A stretch of DNA of 58,512 bases. Origin: Pelomyxa schiedti (taxonomy: Eukaryota; Protista; Evosea). A model generated the notes under the pieces. The model searched no databases and had not been told where the DNA came from. It worked only from the letters and a program-made list of their open reading frames with translations. The stretch's first letter is position 1. Each line of letters begins with the position of its first letter. The DNA is taken from contig JAHLWZ010000887.1 of NCBI GenBank assembly GCA_020536535.1, positions 1 to 58,512 of the forward strand. Direction: 5' to 3'. Of this stretch, positions 49,901 to 58,512 are shown piece after piece. The position numbers were made by a program, and so were the translations under genes.

Positions 49901-52027
49901 TCTAGGAAACCATTCTTTAACCAACATCCAGCTCCATACCAAAACAAGCAAGATTTTACTTTTTGTTAAAACGCGACTGAGTGTATGCTTGATCCAGGAA
50001 CAACTCCAAGACCTGAACATAAGAATGAAGGTTTTTTTTGACCACTGGATGCAAAGATCTCACATATTGCAGGGTATTACTGGACGTGGCTTATCTGGTG
50101 AAAAGAAAATGTCTATCAACGAGCAACAGCGGGTTATAGAGAGTTTCTTTAAAGGAGATTTCGAGCTGTAAGAAGTTGCCGTGAGGCCTTCTTCTCATTT
50201 TTTTTTTAATTTGCAGACTCATAGCAACATCGATCGTGGAAGAAGGTCTCAATATTCCGGCTTGTAATGTGGTTATCAGATACGACCCAATTAATACAAC
50301 ATTATCTTTGGTTCAAAGCAGAGGAAGAGCCAGACATTCCCAAAGCAGGTGCCGTTCCATTTAATACTAAGTACAGTACTGACATTTCTCTAATGCCCAT
50401 GTAGATTTGTCACAATCTATCATAAAATTCAAGGCTAGTTTATACTTGCAGACGCCTGATTGTATTAATGCATTTCAGATGGAAGATGGAATGAAATGAA
50501 AGCCAGAGAAGAAATGATGAAACTTGCAGTGAGCATACTTTACAAGGGCACTAGCCAACTGCCACCGGACACGCCCCCCTGTGTTACATCTCTTTGGCCT
50601 ACTGTATTGAAAGCAACGGAAAGGCTAAAGAATACACACTCTCAGGATGCATCTGGAACGCTTTTTTCTAGAGCTGCCGCCAAGACGGTAAGGGCCTTGC
50701 AAATAAAATCAGCACCGCCCACCTTTTTTTCAGACACTCTTTCACACGTCTATCTGCCTTTTTGGACACGAACCTTACATAAAAACAAGACCAGAGGGGA
50801 ATTTCCACAAAACTATACTTTACACAGGGTATCCTTATCCCGAACCTCTATTTTTTTGAGCTAATTATCGTTTATTGTAGGCCACAGAAATTTACATCTG
50901 GACTGTCACATAATCCTCGCTACGCTGAGCAAATGGCAATACAAGAAGCCCTTGATTTTTTTATTCAAAGGGACCTTTTGATACTCCCATCCAAGGTTAT
51001 CCCTCGTTGTTAAGTACTGGCATTTCCAACACATTAATCAGGGCAGAAATAAGAAGTCACTTGCTCCAAGTGCGTCTGATCCAAGATGCGAGAGCCCGAA
51101 ATCAGTTCTTAATTCGTTATGCAATAAACTGGGCATAATGTAAGAACCCACTGTAAACCTCAAAAAACTCTGACATTCTATCTTCATTTTAGGCCGCCCA
51201 ACTACGCAGTTGACATCCATAATCGTTGCCATCCACCATGGTTCTCATGCTGCGTTACAGTCGTTCTTCCAACAGGTCCCCAAGAATGGGAGGGTAAATT
51301 GTACCGCACCAAAGGTGAGGCCCAACAAGCAGCTGCCGAACTTGCTTTGAAGGAAGTCCAACAACTATACGACTCACTAATACCTGTCACCTCCCACAAA
51401 CCGCAAGCGAGTACGAATGCTTCACTTCCACCCATTGGCATGGCCCTCCCCACCTCCGCCATTTTTTCCACAACTCCCAAGATGAAAAAACCAAAAGCAT
51501 CACCACAACCCACCCCTACGGTCATCACCGCTGCCTCTGCCTCTTCCCCCACTACACCAGCACCAACAACTACTACAACTAGTACTAGCACTAGCCCAAC
51601 CACTCCAAACACCACATCAGTATCAGAAACAGCGCCACAGCCGATACAACAATACCGCCAAATGCAAGTGAACCTTCAACACCAGCTCAGTGACCTGCAG
51701 CGGCAACTCAAAGAAGTCAACAACCTCATTCACAGCTGCAACAAACCCGGGCCCAACAGCACCAAGAGCAAGGATAGCAGCCGGAACACCATCGACCTCA
51801 ACTACACCGCACAGTGCTCCCACGGGAAGATATCGGCCGACTTTAGCTACACCCACGAGCCCCCCTTCCAGTGCGTACTAGTGCTGACAGTGCAACAGCA
51901 AGGCACTGCGCGATTCGAGAGTGCCTTCCACACCACAAAGGCAACTTCGAGGGAAGAGGCATCTGGTCTGGCCTGCAATTGGTTGCTTGCCAGAGGACTT
52001 TTACTTCATTCCCCCCACAAACAGTAG
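46556..52027 (+). CDS. Dicer/RIG-I-like DECH-box RNA helicase with C-terminal dsRNA-binding domains and a ~630-aa disordered N-terminus
   Basis: Spliced motifs ELR|[67 protein letters not shown] and QSRGRAR. dsRBD: [14 protein letters not shown]|RPPNY...FSCCVTV...[16 protein letters not shown]. Confidence 0.85.
46898..46954 (+). repeat. (CAG/CAGCAA)n polyglutamine microsatellite
   Basis: cagcagcagcagcaacagcaacagcaa... encoding a poly-Q tract. Confidence 0.9.
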
Positions 52028-52124
52028 AGTGGAGTAACACTGAATGGTATTATTGAATGAACAAACCCACCTTGTTGTACTGAAAAATTAAAAAAAAAAA
52101 ACATTGATTCATCCTTTTTGTGGC

Positions 52125-53692
52125 TTAAAGGACTGTGCCAAATAAAATAGGTGCAACAAAATAGCGTATGGACAGAGCACAGACAACACAGAAAACTTGG
52201 AAGAGAGTAAGGATGATGACGAGTGTGTGCTCGTGCTTGGGTCCAACAAGATAGAGTACAGTGTTGATGAGGGTGTATTGTTGTACATAACCAAGCTTTC
52301 CAGTCTCTGGGTTAAGCCTAGTGCAGTTTTAGTATTTTGTTTACAGTCAGTGTGGCAAGAAGGCTGGCTCTTACTTGGGCAGGCGGTGCCTGGGGCAAGG
52401 AATTATCCCAATAAGTTGAGGCACGGAAAGTAAAAAGTTAATAACCTCAGGAACTGAACATTAACAAGTGAGAGGCGAAAAAGAAAGTAGGACATAGAAC
52501 ATACTGAAAAGGAGCATCAGAGTTTTGCTGAAGTGCCCAAGGATACCAACAACTGCAAGGGTCATGCCAGCGAAGTAAGTATAGGAATCTCCAACAAAAA
52601 CTCTGCTTGGGTACCTGATTCCATGTTATTATTAGAAACCATAGTGAACAATTTACCAATTGTGCCACAAAAGCCCGAGAGATGCAGTAATAAACGGCAG
52701 TACAAGGAATAATGACAGGCGGTGATATCCTCCTACGTCATGTTCCAGATAGATCTAAACTTATCAGCCATTTTCAGAAAAGTGGGAGAAAATAACTTCA
52801 ATTAGGTTGTAGCAAGCCACTCCACAACCAATTACAACCGACTGAGAGACTTCCAACCCATTGACACCAGCATAGATATTGATAGAGTTGGTGCAAAAGA
52901 CACCCACCAGCAGCATGTACACGTAATAAAGTGCCCCTAAAGTGTGATTACAAGTGCCAATGATATTAATTGAAGCACAAGTACCAAGATTAACACATGT
53001 GATTCCCAAGACACTATGTAGAGGAGTAGGAAGGGAGATATATGTTGAGCCTGTGTAACCTGCTAGGAGGGGAAGTGTTGCCAGTGCAGACAAAGCAATT
53101 TTAATCCTCCACCTAAGGGTGTCATTACACTTTTGAGATGATGGCGATTACCGTAAGTCAAGAACATCATCAGAAAAGCCAAGAAGGAGCATCATGCAAC
53201 AAGACAATAGTCCTGCGTTAAAATTGCCCAGCTTTTTTTGTTGAGAAAAAACAGGAAAACCTCCCCCAAACCTTATCACCAAAAAATGGTTGGTAAAGAA
53301 TAACACAAGTCAAATAGACAACTCCTGGGACGATTCCAAGAGATTCAGGTCTTTTATTGATCAATCAAGCATTCAAGAAAGAGAAACCAACATGAGTTCG
53401 GTGCCATTTTTATTGATGTCTTTCCCCCCGAGACCCCTCTTTAGGCACATAGGCTTTACAAAGGGAATAAGCATCACTGTGGCCACAAATGCAACCACTG
53501 ATGTGCCACACAAAACAATAGTCTGTATGGCCGTATTTTCCAGTGCATTTCTGTTATTGTTTCGTTTTTGTTCGGTTACAATCGCAAAGTTGAAGTAGCG
53601 TAACCGGGAGACAACCTGACTGGAACTGTGCAAGAAAGGAAAAACGAGGCCAGCATCGCACAACACACACCCAACCACCACGTCGTCTTCAT
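52125..53692 (-). CDS. DPAGT1: UDP-GlcNAc:dolichyl-phosphate GlcNAc-1-phosphate transferase
   Basis: [21 protein letters not shown]|[22 protein letters not shown]|[23 protein letters not shown] and PCPRHRLP are ALG7/DPAGT1 hallmarks. Confidence 0.95.
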
Positions 53693-53878
53693 CTATACCG
53701 ATCTCGCGTTCTTTGCGTTGTCGATGTTTTGTTTTTTCAAAATGTAAGGGGCACCCCAATCTTCACTTTGAACTCGCCGCAGCCGTTTGTTTTTATGACA
53801 AGATCTCATTGCTGCCACGAGGCGATTCTCGTTCCTGTAGTTGTTTAGAAACCGATTAGAAAACATCTTTCTTTCCAA

Positions 53879-55009
53879 ATGGGATTAGCACAGAGTGGAA
53901 GTGATGCGCCACCTGCGAAAATTGATCCCCCAAGGGAGAAGAACAAGTACACTGCTCGTTTTTATTTTATTTTATTGCGCTTTTCGAAACTTAATAGACA
54001 ACAGCTAATGTATGCTCAAAAAAGGGAAGTTAGGGTGATTTTTGATGGCACGGCATGCAAGAGACCGGGTGCTACTTCCCTCGTAAGAGTGTTGTTGGGT
54101 GCCTCATTTGATAGCGACCAGAAGTACTTGACAGCTCCTATTTATACTTGTTTAACTTGCGGTTTTTCAGGCCAACTTGTGTTGGAAAAATCGTTAACAC
54201 TGTGCCGGAAGGAGAGGACAGGTATTGTTCCATCCAAGGAATTCGCGGTAACTTACTGTATGTATCGCTTACAAATTCTACTTTACAGCAGTCGTTATGC
54301 TCCATGGAGCTCCTTTGACCGAGGCCAGCAGTGGCTCCTTTTATGTGAAATCGAACAGCAAATGAAAGTTGATGGAATACCAGTGACCCTCCGAGATACA
54401 CCCCTTAAAACGGTGTGTGCCAATTGCTATGGAACTCCCACCGTTGGGGATTTGGGTGTATGTTATGCCAGGAAAGTTACAATAATATCGAATCCAAGTT
54501 CTAACGAAATACACAGGTCAGCAGGGCAAGTGGCAAGCAATGAACTTTTCCATGTACTGAAGGAAACACCAACGGTATTTGTAATTGTATACGATGCCAC
54601 AATCCCAGAATCAGGGGTGGCAGCGGCCGAACGGGCAAAGATGATTGCTCATGTACACACACCAGCCTCCGTTAAGAACATTGACCAATTTATGTGGGAG
54701 CAAGAACGCGAGAGAAAAGAAGAAGAGGAGGAAACACCAGGTCCAAGGGCTGATTCTGGAGGAATTGTGCACACAGTGGATAATCTTCCTGCGCCCAAAC
54801 AAGGGGTCATGGGACCTGTGTGTGCTATGATTGCCAACAAGTCTGACTTGGTATTGGATGAAGTTGCCTTGGAAGTTGCAGTTCACAAGCAGCGTGAGTT
54901 ATGTGAACACCTAGGTGTACTACACTTTGTGTTAAATGCCAAGGACAACGCAGCTGTGCAGCAAGCCCTTAGACAAATCGTCGCACACTCTCTGTCACAC
55001 ATTTTGTGA
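53879..55009 (+). CDS. Degenerate Ras-superfamily GTPase-like protein with N-myristoylation motif (ORF probably reads through in-frame introns)
   Basis: MGxxxS start. VFVIVYDAT, G4 IANKSDL and G5-like VLNAK are present. G1 (DGTACKRPGATSL) and G3 (LRDTP) are degenerate. Confidence 0.65.
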   Translation: MGLAQSGSDAPPAKIDPPREKNKYTARFYFILLRFSKLNRQQLMYAQKREVRVIFDGTACKRPGATSLVRVLLGASFDSDQKYLTAPIYTCLTCGFSGQLVLEKSLTLCRKERTGIVPSKEFAVTYCMYRLQILLYSSRYAPWSSFDRGQQWLLLCEIEQQMKVDGIPVTLRDTPLKTVCANCYGTPTVGDLGVCYARKVTIISNPSSNEIHRSAGQVASNELFHVLKETPTVFVIVYDATIPESGVAAAERAKMIAHVHTPASVKNIDQFMWEQERERKEEEEETPGPRADSGGIVHTVDNLPAPKQGVMGPVCAMIANKSDLVLDEVALEVAVHKQRELCEHLGVLHFVLNAKDNAAVQQALRQIVAHSLSHIL

Positions 55010-55599
55010 ATACAAACACCAGCCCTGTATGCCATTAAATTACCACCAGAAAAGAACATGTTCATGCCATACCCGGAGTACTGCCAACTAGAACCACCAA
55101 CACATGTGGATTTGTTGATCCTACAATTTGCTGCATCGATACACCCAGTTTGCGTGCCGTGCAGAAAGATACTTTTGTTGAACATGTAGCACCAAACCTT
55201 GAAAAAGACCCTGTTGAAATAGGAACAGGTTAAACACCCCAATATCTTTTGGAACACTTCTTTTTTTCTAGTTGATTAGATGCTCTTTGTTGTGGGTACA
55301 CTATTCCTGTTGTTGATTCCGGAAGCCAGCAACAAGCATGGATGTCAAGGATGGGGAATGTGTTAAGTGGAGGGAAGCAAGCAAACAGTGAGACAAAAGC
55401 ATCCCCACCAAGGAGTGTAGGCGCTAATGCAGAAAAAAGAGAGTGCCATTCCTGGTGATGTCCATCACCGAATCCGACGGATTTTTTATTTTTTTTCTTT
55501 CAGCCAATAATCATCGATTTATGAAACTGGTGAGTCGAACGTGGGGCTGATGATGATTGCGTGGTGCCGCGGAATTTGTTGATGATTAGCATAGCATGC

Positions 55600-56900
55600 C
55601 ACATCCAACAAACACCAAAATATTGCCAAAGCCATCACAGTCACATTCCCCAGTCATCAATCACATTTTGCACCCAACGCAACCCCCAACCACCCAACAC
55701 CACCAGAATCCACACCACCAAAATTAGTCACCAAAGTACATAGCACCAAATCACATGTGGCACCCAACACCACCAGAATCCACACCACCACCAAACAAAG
55801 CCGGGAAAATAACCCCCATCCCTGGTCAGCCTCCAAATTGGTGAGCGGGACAATCAAGTGGGCAGAAAGCTGGCGCAGTGAATCTCACACGCCTCATTTT
55901 CATGGCACTGTGATTCCCGCACTTGGCCAAGGAGGCCAGGGGGATGGGGTGTGTATGTCCCTTCTTGGCTCCCCCACAGACCAAACAAAACAGTCACAAC
56001 TCCGCCAGAATCCACACCACCAAATTAGCCACCAAAGTCACATTCCCCAGTCAACCCAAATCATCAATCACATTTTGGGACCCCCAACCACCCAACACCA
56101 CCAGAATCCACACCACCACCAAAATTAGTCACCAAATATGATGCCTCCAAAGTACATAGCACCAAAAGCCATCATCACATCACACACAGCCACATTCCTT
56201 CCCGTTCAGTAGTAGTCAACTTAAAACCAAATGCATCATCACATTTGGCACCCAACACCACCAGAATCCACGCCACCACCAAACTATCTATCCACCAAAA
56301 TAGTCACCAAAGCCGGGAAAATAACCCCCATCCCTGGTCAGCCTCCAAATTGGTGAGCGGGACAATCAAGTGGGCAGAAAGCTGGCGCAGTGAATCTCAC
56401 ACGCCTCATTTTCATGGCACCGTGATTCCCGCACTTGGCCAAGGAGGCCAGGGGGATGGGGGGTGTGTATGTCCCTTCTTGGCTCCCCCACAGACCAAAC
56501 AAAACAGTCACCACTCCGCCAGAATCACCAAATCAGCCACCAAAATATCGCCAAAGCCATCACACACACACAGTCACATTCCCCAGTCAACCCAAATCAT
56601 CAATCACACTTTGGCACCCAACACGACCCCCAAGCACCCAACACCGCCAGAATCCACACCACCACCAAAATTAGTCACCAAAATATGATGCCTCCAAAGT
56701 ACATAGCACCAAAAGCCATCATCACATCACACACAGCCACATTCCTTCCCGTTCAGTAGTAGTCAACTTACAACCAAATGCATCATCACATTTGGCACCC
56801 AACACCACCAGAATCCACGCCACCACCAAACTATCCAATTCACCCACAACCAACCAATCACATCGCATTTACACCCACAACCAACCAACAAATACAAGCC
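55600..56900 (+). repeat. Complex C/A-rich tandem repeat, ~510-550 bp units with a nested AACACCACCAGAATCCAC motif
   Basis: A block starting caaagccgggaaaataacccc occurs at 55796 and 56308. A second block occurs at ~56101-56288 and ~56647-56835. The short motif recurs repeatedly. Confidence 0.9.
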
Positions 56901-57439
56901 AATCCAATTCGCCACTAGAACAATTCTCACCCCAAGACAGCCACCAGACCGTTTCGGCTAGAAATAGAGCCACTCCACCACCACTTTGTATTTTTTTTTT
57001 TTACGATGAAGAATAGAAGATTTCAGATCTTGACAATTTTTTCCCGCAAAAAATTTACTGGGAGCTGGGTCTGATGCTCCTCAGAGCTTGGAAAGACCAC
57101 GAAACGGTAGATCCAAACTGTGCCGAATTGCCCTTCACAGAACACCAACCAAGGTTGATGCAAAAAGGGGGAGTCCCAAAGATGATGCCCCACTGGAAGT
57201 TAGCGCAGGCGCAGTTCCGCGAGTTAGGGGACACGCGCAGCGGGTGGCGAAGGGCTCTGTTGTGTGAAAGAAGTTCACGGAGGAGGAGTTGGCGTCTAAC
57301 CTGGCGAACGTGTATGCCCATAAGTACGTTGTGCGGAATGGCTTGATGTGGACAACAGTGGCACCACAGCAGCAGCATGCACCAATTAAGAGCAGAAGCC
57401 ACATAACAAGCCAAACAAACAATTTTCCACAAATCAGTA

Positions 57440-58057
57440 TCATATTGCCGCTACATGGTCACGAACAGAACACCTTCCCAGTCGTGGGTAGCGATCATCA
57501 GGCGACAAATCCCTAGTCCGCACGCACTCCCCTTCGCCGCCATCACTGTCATCCCCGGCGCCACGGCACACATAGCAGCGAGTCTCAACCAAGAACCCAT
57601 CCACCTCTGCAACACCCCAGCACGAGTCCAACCCAGGCCCCTCATGCACACCCCCATGGTATGACCCTGGCCTCAGTGGGCTCTCCGTCGGCAGCAGGCG
57701 GTCCGAATAGGCATCAGAAGCGGCCCTGCCGGAGCGGGTGCAGTAGCCTCCTGCGGGGCCGCAGGGGACGAGAGAGGCTGTGGGGCCGGGGCGCAGGGGA
57801 GCAGGGGCGGGGGCGGGGCCCAGCACCAGCTGGAATATGAGCGGCCACAGCCACGCCGCTACTAGGGTGGTGGCGACGATGGCGAGAAGGAGCACGAGGG
57901 CCTGCCACAGCGACGTGAATATCCACTCGCTGGGCGTCAGCGGGGGCACCTGGACCCTGAATGTACCGTCGTCCGTGTTGCGCCTCACAGCCCCGTGCCC
58001 AAAGGCAGCGCGCGAGGCCTCAACTAGCGTCTGACGTTGTAGATCACACACATACAT
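57440..58057 (-). CDS. Hypothetical single-pass membrane protein
   Basis: 205-aa GC-rich ORF with hydrophobic LWQALVLLLAIVATTLVAAWLWPLIF and a Cys-containing C-terminal part. Confidence 0.45.
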   Translation of the reverse strand: MYVCDLQRQTLVEASRAAFGHGAVRRNTDDGTFRVQVPPLTPSEWIFTSLWQALVLLLAIVATTLVAAWLWPLIFQLVLGPAPAPAPLRPGPTASLVPCGPAGGYCTRSGRAASDAYSDRLLPTESPLRPGSYHGGVHEGPGLDSCWGVAEVDGFLVETRCYVCRGAGDDSDGGEGECVRTRDLSPDDRYPRLGRCSVRDHVAAI

Positions 58058-58512
58058 GTCGCTGTTACTACCGCCAAAAGATTTGCCGAATTACGTCATG
58101 CAAGTTCGGATTCCCCATTCTGGGATCTTCAAAAGACGCGACACTGGAGTCGCTGTATGCTCCACTGACAGGGAAATAACGAATTTAATCTGTTGGTGGA
58201 AACATGCCACCACCAACGTTACAACTTTTTACCTCTTTCAATTTTGGAAATAGACAAGGACAATAGAAGCAGTTTTTTTTTGTTCAACGGTACAACCAAA
58301 GGACAAATGCGATTGCAGGTGTAACTCAAAATATGTAGAGTCGCACTCAACGGGCCCCTGTCAGAGCCCAAATATTCGTTCCAGTTCAATGGCCACACGC
58401 CTTCACATATTCCATCAAGTCATTCCTCAGTTCAGCAGTATCTGCTGTGCTCCTTCCTCCAACTGCCAAATCCGAACCCAAACCCACACCACGGCACCAT
58501 TCCGGCACTCTA

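Noticed and set aside
46556-52027. Calling the helicase a canonical Dicer or RIG-I ortholog
   Set aside because: No RNase III, PAZ, CARD or zinc CTD is visible, so no gene symbol was assigned.
55600-57016. H/Q/T-rich ORFs in the tandem repeat; telomere repeat
   Set aside because: Frames shift between units, and there is no uniform short telomeric unit.
1-58512. tRNA, rRNA or snRNA genes
   Set aside because: None recognised by eye. A covariance-model scan would be needed to exclude them.

Overview
Eukaryotic, gene-dense protist DNA with many short GT-AG introns and very short intergenic spacers. A TKL-type kinase and a STAT-like SH2 protein suggest an amoebozoan, but that is inference only. 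Bases 1-29885 form one giant palindrome (i pairs with 29886-i, centre 14943). Its arms match wherever checked, around a 19-bp imperfect stem and a 19-nt loop that looks like an intron 3' end folded onto the next exon. Each arm carries a hairpin minisatellite, a protein kinase, an LRR protein, an ACBP-ankyrin protein, a hypothetical gene, an ADP-ribosyltransferase-SEL1 fusion, a STAT-like SH2 protein and a BTB-TLDc protein. The single-copy half holds a DUF4062-NTPase-TPR protein, a 751-bp Tc1/mariner-type MITE, a decayed region, a SWSAP1-like ATPase, PP2C and a BET bromodomain protein. It continues with an unusual GHKL ATPase gene about 170 bp upstream of a Dicer/RIG-I-like DECH helicase with dsRNA-binding domains but no visible RNase III, then DPAGT1/ALG7, a degenerate Ras-like protein and a complex tandem repeat. 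Gene models were spliced by eye and boundaries are approximate.
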